DNA of 64,000 nucleotides from Octopus vulgaris. Lineage: Eukaryota. Positions within the stretch are counted from its first letter, which is position 1; every line of letters begins with the position of its first letter. The notes beneath the pieces are model-generated. The model was not told the origin of the DNA. It was given only the letters and a program-made list of their open reading frames with translations, and did no database searches. Shown one piece after another: positions 12,751 through 25,678 of this stretch. The DNA lies in the NCBI GenBank assembly GCA_951406725.2, contig OX597820.1, positions 1,116,001-1,180,000 on the forward strand, read 5' to 3'. Both the position numbers and the translations under genes were made by a program.

Positions 12751-14961
12751 TACATACTCAGCAATGTGTATGTGTGTGTGTATGTTAGCAATCTCATTTA
12801 CATGTGTAATAGCTATTTTCTACAACAATCTTGTATAACATGAAGCATCTGAGAATGCTGAAACAAACTGCCGTGTACTCATTGGAGTTGGTTCTTATTT
12901 TGGGGTTTTTGTTTGGAAGTCCTCAACACCTTGGCCTGCCAACTGCATGAAACAAGCTTTAATTCCTGAAGGCACACCTTTGTCAGTTTGGGTTTGAGAG
13001 AAAAGCAATGTTGCTGCTCAAATGCTTGAATAAGGGAGCCATTTTCAGCAAATTACCATTGATGGGAAAATAATTAATGAGTAAAGAAAAGCAGGAAGTT
13101 ATGGTGAAGGCCCAGTGTATTTAACTAATGATTTAAAATCTCATTAGCAAACGTATTTAGGATCAGCCACCTCTTGAGTGTGTATTATAAAGGATACATC
13201 AGTAATGTAGTAAAGATGCTAGACTTTGGTGTAAGCCTGCAACCTTCTAAAATTGAAGAGGTTGATGTTTTTATGGCTTATGAAGTGTAAGAATGGTTTT
13301 AATCATAGCAAAGACAAGTGCATCTCTCCCTGCTTGACTCCCGGTTAGATAAAGCATGCAACATGTTATTGATGTATGTCTCAACATCGGTTTTGTCATG
13401 AAAATGCTGGAAAATGTTAATGAAATTTTGTGGACAAGCATATATTTGTAGTTGAGCTAATTTAATGAACATCTGCTTCTTTTGTGGCATTTTTTGGAGG
13501 ATCCATCTCAGAGAGAATACCATGTCCTAGGTGCTTCAATATCTTCCAAAACCACATTTGAGTCTTTGCAGCGAGTCAAACAAGATATACCAATGGAATG
13601 CATAAAAGGAAATTGTTGGCAACTGACTGTAGAGAAATTCTTTTGCTGTTGAGCATATAGAAGCTTTTATCCTTATTTCTTGTAAATGTGTACATTGTTG
13701 GCATTTTCAGGAGTTTAAGAATTTCTTCCTGTTTAATCTAGCAGACAATTTCATGGAGATTATACACCTGTTTGTTTTGTGTGAAGTTTTTATTTGGTAA
13801 TTTTTTTCAAATAATTTCTTTGAAAATACCATCATACTTTGTAATTTATTATTTCTAAGTCTAAAGATAGCAATCTAGCAGAACCGTTAGTACATCGGAC
13901 AAAATGCTTTGCAGCATTTCTTTCAGTTCTTTACATTCTGAGTTCAAATACTGCCAAGGTAAACGATACTGTCCATCCTCTCAGGATCGATAAAAATAAG
14001 TACCAATCAAGTACTGAGCTTGATATAGTCGACTTCCTTATCCTTTCGAAATTGCTGGCCTTGTGTCAAATTTGGAAAGGATTATTTTTAAGTATTTGAT
14101 TTTAGTGGGTACTTCAGGCAGTTCAGAAAATTTATCAAGTAAACTAAGGGCAAGAAGTTGAAGCATGAAAACTCTTTTTAAAGGGTTTGCAATTTTTTTA
14201 ATTTTTTTAATTTTTTAATTTTTTATTTTGTGTGTGTGAGGAATTTCAAAGAATCTCTTAATTGTTTTGATTATTTACTAATGATCTTTGGACACAATTA
14301 CAACACCTGCTGCTTTGATGTATAAAATATTAAAATCTTATTGCTGGGTCATTGATTGATTGAATTTCTTGAGTTTTTCTGCCATCTCCATCAGAAATTA
14401 CTGAGAAACACCAACTCATTACAAACCGGAAGATATTGAAAGAAGCACCAGACATGATATCTCTATGGACTGACAAGGTGCCAGTCGTCTTTTCTTTAGT
14501 ACTATTATCGTTATAATGATCATTAGGGTTCATGCTTTAGGGAATTGAGTAGATGATGATGATGATGATGGATTTTCTTATTGTTTTTATTTATGCTTTT
14601 TTTAATATTTTATACGATGAAAATGAAATCTACAGGTTTGTCATAGAAAACTTAGCCGCTCCACATGTTTGCACATTGAAATAAGCATGTGTGTGTGCAG
14701 ACAGCTTGCAATGTGTGCGAATATATGAAAGTATGCACAAACTACCACCCCTTGGCACACATACATAAAAAGCACACACATGCATACACACACACACACA
14801 CACATATAGCACTGGAACTTCTATGTACTCTCAGAGTCTCAAAGTCTGGAATTTGTTGCCTGTGTTCTTCCCTTACATTTTCTCTCCTCCTCTCCCACCA
14901 TTTTCTCCCTCCCTCTTTTCCTATCTGTTTCTCCCTTTCTCTCCATCTATCTATCTATCCA

Positions 14962-15030
<69 letters not shown>

Positions 15031-15370
15031 TAATATATTTACAACACAATTTCACTTACTTTACATGCAGCCCCAAATTCTTCGTATTTTGAACTCCTTT
15101 AAACTATTGAGTGTGGCAGGGGGAGGGGTGATTAATAGGAGGAGGAGGAGGAGGCAGGAGAAAATCCTCTGAGAGAGAAAGAGAAAGATTTTCCATAAAT
15201 AACTGAAATCAATGTCACTGGCAAAATCCAAAAGAACAGCAGACGACTCCCACCCACCCACCCACCCATCCACGCTGCAACAAAGTTCTGGAGAGAGTTC
15301 TATATAATAATAATAATAATAATGATAATAATCCTGATACATATTCTCTTGTTTTCGTATCTACACATGT

Positions 15371-15415
<45 letters not shown>

Positions 15416-15850
15416 TACATACATGTTTCGTTTTGTTATTACTGTTTTGTTCCTTGTTTGTTTTTTGTTTTGTTTGGGTGCTGTAAATTAGCCCCCCCCC
15501 TCCCCACTTCTCTACTTCAAACCCAGATTTACTGGGCTGGGATAATCGACTCAACGTTATCAAATAAATTTATTCCCTTTTTTTGTTTGTTTGTTTTCTT
15601 CAATTGTTTTGTTGATTTTTTTTTGTTTATGATTTTTTTTTTAAATTTAAAAATCTACTTTTGTTTTTTGTTTTTTTAAATAAAAGACTTATGGAGTTTT
15701 ATGAATAGTTAAAAAGATAATTTCAAAGAATATTATCAAGACCTGAAATCGATATTTAAAATACTTGAAAAATTATTAAACATTCAATATATAAGAAAAA
15801 CACAGAGAAAAAAAATGTAAATTAAATAAATATTAATTTGAAAGGCAGCA
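10468..15850 (+). other. Probable long 3' UTR of the tetraspanin
   Basis: Follows the stop codon; depleted of SINEs relative to flanks; AATAAA at 15679 and 15825. The end point is inferred. Confidence 0.4.
12265..12620. repeat. Degenerate (TA)n/(TATG)n microsatellite field
   Basis: Seen directly; similar fields at 1420-1580, 25583-25673, 26369-26588, 43690-43815, 47230-47410. Confidence 0.95.
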
Positions 15851-16439
15851 TGCAAAAGTCTTAACTAAGTCTTAATTAAACATAATTAATTCCCTAGTTA
15901 TTGAATATATTTTGATCCCAAAATACTGGCTTGAACAAAAGTTCAGAAACAAAATTAAAACTCACAACTTTAAAACATTGCTTATATCCTTATTCCTTAG
16001 ATTAATTTAATGACAACATAATTAAAATATAAATTAAGGACATAAAACTTTAATTAGTTATATGCAAATAACAAAAAATGCTTTTAAGTGTAATTAACAT
16101 GTACTTTCCTAAAACTAATTAATTATGAAGAGTTAAACACATTTAACACCAAATTAACTTCGAAAACATTGAATTAGTCTCGTATAGCTTCCCAAATAGT
16201 TTACCCACGTAACTCTTTAAACTCATATCTGAACACAATTGATGAATTAAAAGTCTGTCAGACACCAAATGAAAGGCTTCTAATCTAACTAATTAAATTA
16301 TATATTTATAATCCAAAATTTATAGTATTAAATATCCATCACGGTTGATCTTACCAATTGGTTTTGCATAAAGAATACAATTGAGTGTTAGTAAACAAAC
16401 TGATTATATGACTTTACACTCATCAGAGATAGCCGATAT

Positions 16440-17035
16440 GGAAGGGAATATGGCAACACACACATATAATGACCTTATTTTATGCAGTACTCAGGTGAAC
16501 TACAGCTCATTAGAAAAGGCAACCAAACATGCACGTGCAGCACGTAGAAAAATGTGAGGGTGAGGAGATCAGGTGTAATGTTAATGGATTTCAGGAAGCA
16601 TGGAAGTTTTGAAGAATGTTATGTGCCAACAGCTAACAATTGATGCTGGTAGCCAACCCCGTGCTTCTGGGTGGGAAAAAAATGTTTCCAAAAGTCATGG
16701 GTGTTGTTTTGTTTTTTGGTTTGATAAGAATATCCATAAGTGTTAGACATGGAATTCAAAAAATACTCAAGGTTGTTGTTGGAAAGAGGATAATCTTGTG
16801 GGTGTCAAGCAAGTCAGTTGCCACATGTTGGAGTATTAATGTGTCCATCCATGCCCAGGGAAGCAAGATGTTTAGGGTATGGTAGATGCCTGGCGGCTGG
16901 TATTTATCTGGTTGCACATTTCCGAACAGTTTCCAGAGGATTGTTATACTGAGCAAGATAGGGGTTCCAGACTGGTGATGCAAACTCCAAGTGCGGACAC
17001 ACCATAGTCATATACAGCTTCAAAAGATAACTAAA
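16440..17035 (-). mobile_element. Decayed CR1-clade LINE 3' fragment
   Basis: Reads ...HLEFASPVWNPYLAQYNNPLETVRKCATR*IPAARHLPYPKHLASLGM..., the CR1 ORF2 C-terminal pattern (LEYAxxVWxP...LExVQRRATR). Confidence 0.75.
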
Positions 17036-17670
17036 GAGCAGTTACGTGCATAAACTTTATTGAAAATATTCAGAACTTTTTCAGATTTGCTAAAATCTTG
17101 AGTGATTTTTTAAAAAAATGTACACTATTGAAACCATATTAGCTAAAACTGATATAATTCCATAATAGTTACTTTTGATAGGGCTCTCTGTATGGTGGAG
17201 GTGCTTGGGGACTTTGCCTCCCTACAATGTTCCTTGGAATAGTGGACAGAGAATATGGATGGATATGTAATGGATGCATATATAAAATATATATATATAT
17301 ACATAATGATATGTAAAAGTCAAATCCAGGGATCAAGGTGTAGGAAGGTAGTAAGCTTCAAGCAGTCTGTAGAAGGTATTAAAAACAACTTTAAGGAACA
17401 ATAGGGGTTTATTGATGTAGAAGGTTCTGCATTTTTCCCTTATCGAAGTTCGATAAACTGGAAAAAGTTATTTTATAGTTCATGTTTAGCAGCTGGGGCT
17501 GTTACGTATCTTTTATCTTTTACTGGTTTCAGCCCAGGGCTGAGATCATGCTGGTGCACCACATGTGGTATATGTATGTGAATAAAAATTCGAATTTAGG
17601 GAATGAAACGCTAGGCTACATATGTTTCTTAGCTAGGAGAACCTGGGAAGTAGTAATTACATTATATATA

Positions 17671-17702
<32 letters not shown>

Positions 17703-18581
17703 CACTAATAAAAAGGAAAATGAAGAATTTGAACATTCAGACTTTCTGCTTGGTTTGGTCATAGTAAATGTCTGACACATGTTTCAATCGTATCAGTTGT
17801 AAACTGCTGCATAATTATATGCAGGGATTTATGCAGAATTTGTACGATTTCTTCGGGGTGAATTCTTTGTTTTCCTTATTATTAACATTGTGATTTTACA
17901 CTCTAAGAAGCCAGGAAATAAACCATAACATCGGATGGTAGTTTTTAAGAACATACCCTAAAAAACACTATCAGAAGAAACCGGCCTTGGCACTTTACAT
18001 AGAGTAAGGCGTTATCTGCCTGGACCTTCATATCCCTTCCCTTACTATATATATGATTACTAAGATATATTCTAATCACTTAAACAATCAAGCTTCTGTA
18101 TGATTGCTCGATCTGCTAGAAATAATAGCCAACTCTCCTTCAAATCACAACCAAATATCATGGAAAAGATATTGTAGTTTTAGATACTTATTGAAGCTCT
18201 TTACTCTCCATGGGGCAGAGGTCATCAATAACTCTTCTCCCCTGTTCTCAACTCTGGGCTGTCTATTTCTGCTTCTTCCCTCAGGGAACACCACCACCTC
18301 CCAAGTTTTGTGGGGTTTGAATTGTCATCAATGCTTCTACAACTTAGCTTTTTTTCAAGGTAGGGGTGTTGGCCCTCTGCAAACCTACATTCTGAGTTCA
18401 ATTTCTACTGAGGTTAACTTTGCCTTTCATCCTTTTGAGGTCAGTAAATTAAGTACCAGTTGCGTACTGGGGTCGATCTGATCGACTGGACCCCCTCCCC
18501 CAAAATTTCAGGCCTAGTGCCTATAGTAGAAAGGATTATTATGATCTACAGAGCAAATGTATGTATAATAATTTCTTACAT

Positions 18582-18613
<32 letters not shown>

Positions 18614-19874
18614 TTGTGTGTGAATAGATCTTTTGGTAAGAGATATAGAATTTTGGTGAGAGAACATTGGTGGATAAACTAGTGCTTTTTGAATGAAGTC
18701 ATTTGTGATATTTGTTCCACCCGAGTTGCACAAAATCCCTTATCGCTCTTGCCATTGTAAATCCATGAACCAATGAATGGTTCCCTGGAAACCTGTGACC
18801 AAAGACTGCTGCCATTCACAAAATAGGATATGAAATAAAAGTAAATAAATAAATAAAATATCTAAATATCTAGAAATACTAAAAAAAAAGCAGGGAATTC
18901 TGAAATACAAAGAAGTTTTCCTGAACAAATAAGAGAAGCTTAAGAATACAAGACACCCCTGTAAATGGTATTAGAAAAAACAAAGAATCCTGAAGCATCG
19001 TATAATTATCTTAAAATAGGAATAAATTACAACAAAAAATTAGTTTTAAGATGCAAAACAAGTATAAAAGAAAAATATTAGAATATTTTGTCATTTCTAC
19101 AAAATTTCTTGACCGATTCTCATCCAAACTTTACTGCCACACTGACTTCTGACCTCTGACCCACCCACTGCCATACTGGACTCTTCCCTCCCACCCTTTC
19201 TCATACACCAACTATTACCAGACTGCACCCCCCTCTCCCTTCATTCTGCCTCACTTTCAACTTTGTTGCTCTTCTCATTCCTTTCTCTGGGTTTCTTTCA
19301 TTTAAACTTCTTCATTTTCTCCTAGATTTTAACTGAAATGATTCCACTGTAAAAGGTTTGACCTTCGAAATAAACAAAATCTAAGAAAGAAATAAAGGTC
19401 ACAAACAAAAGAACAATTTAAAAAAAGAAAACAATTTCAAAGATTTTTATTATTATTATTTATTATTATTTATTATTATTATTTATTATTATTATTATTA
19501 AGGTGGTGAGCTGGCAGAATCATTAGCACACAGGACAAAATGCTTAGCAGTATTTTAGCCATTGCTACATTCTGAGTTCAAATTCTGCTAATATTGACTT
19601 TGCCTTTCATCCTTTCGGGGTCAATAAATTAAGTACAAATGAAACACTGGTTGATGTTATCAACTAGTCCTCTGCCCCAAAAAGGCTGCCCTTGTGGCAA
19701 AATTTGAAACCATTATCATTATTATTATTATTATTATTAACATGCTGTGCTGGCAGAATCGTTAGCATGCTGGGGAAAATGCTTAGCAGCATTTTGTCCG
19801 TCTTTAAATTCTGTGTTCGAATTCCGCTGTGGTCATCTTTGCTTTTCATCTTTTTGGGGGCAGTAAAATAAGTA

Positions 19875-19990
19875 AGGATGTTGCCTTGAGGTCTGGTGAC
19901 TCCTGAGTCTCCTCAAATCTCAAGAGTCTTTCTTGGGATTCTTGCAGAATATAGAATGGTACTTTTCTGCAGGTCAACAGACGCAAGTCT
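19875..19990 (-). mobile_element. 3' end of an R4/Dong-like REL non-LTR element
   Basis: LQKSTILYSARIPRKTLEI-stop resembles the LQKxxxxxxARIxRKxL C-terminus; lies among (TAA)n tracts. Confidence 0.55.
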
Positions 19991-21142
19991 CAATACTTAA
20001 TATGCTTTATTTATATAATAATAATTATTATTATTATCATTAATATTCTTATTACTACCTTGAAACATTTATCTTGTATGTAAATGCTATGGACTTCCTC
20101 TTGATTGCTAAACTAACACTGTATGAAGAAAAAGAAAGCTAACATGAATTTATATCTTGCTTCACGAAATATTCAATTAATAAATTTTGGGTTATATCAT
20201 GCTTATGATTTCCAAAATGAATGAAATAGTCTTATGCATGATTACAACAAATTAGAAATTTTAAGAGCTTCATAACAGGCAGACAACAAAAAGAATTAAA
20301 TACATGAATTTTATGCATCTTCTTATTCTTAAATTTCAGATTAAAAATTTTAATCCTACCAAATATTATGAAAAAATGATTATCTCCCTTGTAATAAATG
20401 GCTTGTAAGGGAAGATTTGTTTTATTATTATCCTTATTGAGGCAGTAAGCTGGCTGAATCATTAGTATGCCAGGCAAAATACGTAGTGGCATTTCATCGA
20501 GGTTTATGGTCTGAGATCAAATTCTGCCAAAGCCAGCTTTGTCTTTGTCATTTCAGGGTCAATAACCACTGAACTTAACTTCACCCTTCATCTTTTAGGG
20601 GTCAATAAAATAACGATCAGTTGAACATTGGGACTCATGTAGTTAACAAACCCCCAAGATTCCAGGCCTTGCATCTGTAATAGAAAGCGGCTGTGTGGTT
20701 GGATGTTTGCTTCCCAACCACAGGGTTCCAGGTTCTAGGCAACTTGGGCAAATGTCTTCTATTATAGCCTGTGGGCCAACCAAAGCCTTGTGAGCAGATT
20801 TGGTAGATGGAAACTGAAAGAAGCTTGTTGTATATATACATATGTTTGTGTGTGTGTCTTTGTATCTGTGTTTGCCATTGCTTGGCAGTGTTGGTGTCTT
20901 TACCATAAGTATCAGGCTTTACAAGGGAAAGTAGGTTCTGCGAGAGATTTGTTCGACTAAAACCCTTCAATGTGGTGCTCCAGCATGGCCAAAGTCTAAT
21001 GACTGAAACAAGTAAAAGATAAAAGATAAAACAAATTTTCAGTCCAACAAATGCTTGAGGAGAGTCTTCCAACTAGCTTTTATATCCTCTGGTTTTGCTC
21101 TTTTGTGGAGACATGACTATATCTTTGTTTAGAAATAACTTG

Positions 21143-21286
21143 TACATTATTTACATTTGACGGATATTTGTCCTCATCTTGTTTGTTGTTAACACAATGT
21201 TTCAGCTGATATACCCTCCAGCCTTCATCAGGTGTCTTGGGGGAAATTTCGAACATGGGTTCTCATTCCTAAGGTACTTTCCGATG

Positions 21287-21360
<74 letters not shown>

Positions 21361-21559
21361 ATCACTGCCTGGAATCGAACTCAGAATCTTGAGGCTAGTA
21401 GCTCACACTCTTAGGTTCGAAATTTCCCCAAGTCACCTGATGAAGGCTGGAGGGTATATCATCCAAAATGTTGTGTTCACAACAAACAAGATGAGGAGAA
21501 ATATCCGTCAAATGTAAATAATGTGCATAATTCCTCATCTCTTAAATATAGAACTGTAT
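21143..21559. mobile_element. Short palindromic retroelement with an inverted pair of hammerhead motifs
   Basis: Inverted arms about 21141-21254 and 21415-21527; direct repeat AAATAACTTG at 21133-21142 and 21560-21569; central (TTA)n and a tRNA-like B box. Confidence 0.8.
21191..21236 (-). ncRNA. Minimal type I hammerhead ribozyme motif
   Basis: GACAC-CTGATGA-A-GGCTG(loop)CAGCT-GAAA-CAT-T-GTGTT. Confidence 0.65.
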
Positions 21560-24481
21560 AAATAACTTGCCTACATCTTTAGATAAATAATTGTATAATA
21601 TTTCAGTCAAAAACTCGATGATGTCTTTCCTAAATACTTCAAAGTTAATCCAATGCCAACAATCACCTGTTCCCTTTCAACAGCCAATTGTCACTCTCAA
21701 GTGAGCATGGCTTGACTGACATGTTCCATGCTTTCACTCATTGTTTAAGGGGCCTTGGTTGTCATGATCAGACACAGACAGCCCCTTGGTCCTATCACAC
21801 TTGGCCCAGTGGCACATCAAGGATGTGACATCAGGTGTGGGAGGGGATTACACTAACACTAAGCTGAGGCTCATTACAGTTGAGGAGACACGACCAACGG
21901 GAAACAGATTGAACCCCAAACCCCATGGTTGCAAAAGCAAGCTTCTTAATCACATAGCGAAAGGATACCTATTATCAAAAGTGTTCCTTTGTCAAACAGC
22001 GGTTTGAGGGAGGTTTTCTGTTTGTATCATGCAGGTTAAGCAACTATGAAAAGACTTCCTAACTCTGTATTATAGATTGTTATTTAAATATCTGAGATAT
22101 TTCTGTTCAGAGTCACAAACCCAGGTTATGGTTGGTACAACAAATGTGTTAATGGCTTGCTATTAGAATTGGTTTTTTTTTGACTCATTCATCATCATCA
22201 TCATCATCATCAGTGTCCATTTTCCATGCTGGCATGGATTGAACAGCTTGACAGGGATCAATGATTTCCAGGGCTGTGTTCAGCTCCAGCATCTGTTTCA
22301 ACATGGTTTCTACAGTTGGATGCCAAACATGTTACAGCATGGACTGGGTGCTTTTTGGGGTCAGCTGCACTATTGAGGTCACCAGGTAGTTTGCAGGTCT
22401 ACAAGCCCAGTGGAGGGGTCAGCTTTGTGCTAGGAGATTATTATGAGAGATTAGGGATCGGGAGCAGATCAGGTTCCCGTAGAAGGTTCTGGATGGCTAC
22501 TAAAGAAAAAGGAAAAAGCTTGAAGAATTGTACAAAATGCTTAGTGCCCTTTCTTCCAGTTCTCTTTGCCTTTCATCCCTTTGGGTTTGACGAAAGGAAG
22601 TACCAGTGAAATACTGGGGTCAATGTAATCAACTTGCTCCTTTCCCTCAAAGTTGCTAGCCTGGTGCTAAAATTTGAAACCATTTTTAGAAGTTTGGCAA
22701 TATCCAAAGTGGTTTAACTCAAACTTGTTTATTTAGGAAATCAGTTCTTTTTAACCTTGTTTTATTTTTAGTTAGGAGGTAAGGCAGTGCTTGTGGCCAT
22801 TATTGGCTCTCCAAGACTGAAAGGAGGAAGATGGTATCCTCACACTTGGAAACTGGCTGAAATGCTTGTAAAGGAATGGACTCTGCTAAAGGCTCCATCT
22901 TCAATGTAGCAGGTGGTGGTGGTGTCAAATCGGGTGACAGGTTTAGGTCCACCACCCAAGTAAGATATGGTAGGATTCGAACTCAGAAGACAGAGAATCA
23001 GAACACTGCAAGATATCCACTTCAATGTTCTTATGGTTCTGCCATCTTATGTTGCTCTGTGTTTCTATACACATTATATGTATACTCCATCACTGTCGTC
23101 GTCATCATCATCATCACCAGTATCATCATCGTTTAACGTCCGTTTTCCATGCTGGTATGGGTTGGACGGTCTGACAGGTCTGGAGAGCCAGGAGGCTGCA
23201 CCATGCTCCAATCTGATCTGGCAAGGTTTCTACAGCTGGATGCCCTTCCTAACGCCAACCACTCCAAGAATGTAGTGGGTGCTTTTTACATGCCACCGAC
23301 ATGGACGCCAGTTAGGCGGCCCTGGCATCGATCACATTCAGAGAGTGCGTTTTACATGCCACCGGCACAGGGACCAATCAATGAGTACTCGCATCACCCA
23401 CATTCGTATGGTACTTTTTACATGCCACCAGCAGGAGAGCCAGTCGATGGGTACTAGCGTCAGTCACGTACGGATGGTGCTTTACCCATGCCCCTGACAC
23501 AGGAGCCAATCAGTGGGTACTGGCATTGACTACATACAGTTCATCATCATCACTTAACGTCGTCTTTTATATTGGCATAGTTTGGCAGGTTTAATAGAAT
23601 GTGATGAATCAAACAACTTCATCATACTCCACTGTCTGCTTTGGCATGGCTTCTACTGCCAGAAGCCTTTCTTAATGCCATAAACTTTACAAAGAGGACA
23701 GTGCTTTCTTGCATAGCATCAGCATTTGTGAAGATCCCCATGTAGCTTGCAAGATCCAGGGGTCTAAAGTGGACCTATTGTTATATAAAGAGCAGATGGG
23801 AAAAGGCACAGCGGTTCTAGGTAGGATGATGAAGGACATGATGGTTATATATACACATAGTGTATATATATATAGTGTTGACACTAGGAAGGGCATCCAG
23901 CTGTAGAAACACTGTTAGATCAGACTGGAGCCTGGTGCAGCCTCCTGGCTTCCCAGACCCCAGTCGAACCATCCAACCCATGCTAGCATGGAAAACGGAT
24001 GTTAAACGATGATGATGAGTGTGTCCAAATGTTATGCACAACATTAACCCTTTGAGCCAGTAACACCAGTTTACCGGTGGATGGCTTATTTTTTCTAGAG
24101 CCATTTCAAGTGAGTATTAATTTTGCAGAGGCCAGCTTTTGCACAGATCAGAATATGTTTTGTTTCTTGGCCCAGAACTTCCAGCATATTTGTCACTGAG
24201 GAAACCAGCTCAAGTTGAAGATCTGTGTCCAGCAATTGACCACCATACTGACCAAAGTCCTGAGTTTTAACATATAGGGCCATTTAAAAGGCTTTTCTGA
24301 GACAAAACATAACAGTGCCACTTTACATATGAATCCACAATATGTTGCACTCATTGGTAATTAATTCTAAAGGTGTTTCAACTGTGTACATGTATGTATG
24401 TGTGTGTGTGTGTGTGTATACATATATATATATTAATCAATGAGATTCCGAGTCTGATTCTCATGTTTTATTGTTTACAAA

Positions 24482-24519
24482 AAACCTGATGATTGTGTAA
24501 CACATGAAAGTACTAGTTT
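24482..24519 (+). ncRNA. Minimal type I hammerhead ribozyme motif with palindromic stem III
   Basis: AAAC-CTGATGA-T-TGTG(TAA)CACA-T-GAA-AGTACT-A-GTTT. Confidence 0.65.
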
Positions 24520-24628
24520 ATTTCAATATTGTAAAATTGTAAAAATTGCAAACGATAAAACATGAAAACCAGAAATGGTTGGAATTTCATTGAATAATAT
24601 ATTCTTCTATACACAATCATACATACTT

Positions 24629-24669
<41 letters not shown>

Positions 24670-25581
24670 TATACATATTCTTAAATAAAAATATTATTGA
24701 CAGGGACTTTGAAGTGTCAGCCTATTAAGAAGCCATTCTTGGATTGCCATGTATTGAAGTTAATCTTGGCTGTTATAGTCACTGTCAATGACATTCTTGT
24801 ATTTAAGAATAATAAATCTATACTCCTTACTCTTTTACTTGTTTCAGTCATTTGACTGTGGCCATGCTGGAGCACCGCCTTTAGTCGAGCAAATCGACCC
24901 CGGGACTTATTCTTTGTAAGCCCAGTACTTATTCTATCGGTCTCTTTTGCCGTACCGCTGACGGGGACGTAAACACACCAGCATCGGTTGTCAAGCAATG
25001 CTAGGGGGACCAACACAGACACACAAATACACACACACATATATATATATACATATATACGACAGGCTTCTTTCAGTTTCCATCTACCAAATCCACTCAC
25101 AAGGCATTGGTCGGCCCGGGGCTATAGCAGAAGACACTTGCCCAAGATGCCACGCAGTGGGACTGAACCCGGAACCATGTGGTTGGTTAGCAAGCTACTT
25201 ACAAAAGTATAGAGTTACCCTTTAGATCAATGTAAAATTGAGCATAAAAACATGAATATATATATATATGTGTGTGTGTATTTTCTGTGTTAAATGGAGA
25301 AGTGTAAATAATAATAATAATTGTAAGCTCAAAGACTATGGAATTATAGTTGTTAAAGGAAGAAGTGAGTAGGTAGGTTGGTGTAATCAGTTTGAACACT
25401 TACCGTGAATATGGGGGGTTGGGGGTTGATTCCCATACATACTAACACCCACTTTTTCTGACAAGGGCTTATGTAATTCAATATTAGACTATTTTCTTTA
25501 ACCAATACATGGGGATCACTTATAAGCATTAAGATTATTATTATTATTATTATTTACAGAATTCATATATACATTCATATG

Positions 25582-25678
<97 letters not shown>

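Noticed and set aside
23278-23540. CRISPR-like repeat/spacer appearance
   Set aside because: The variable parts are homologous to one another, the array lies inside a dispersed SINE, the DNA is eukaryotic and no cas genes are present.
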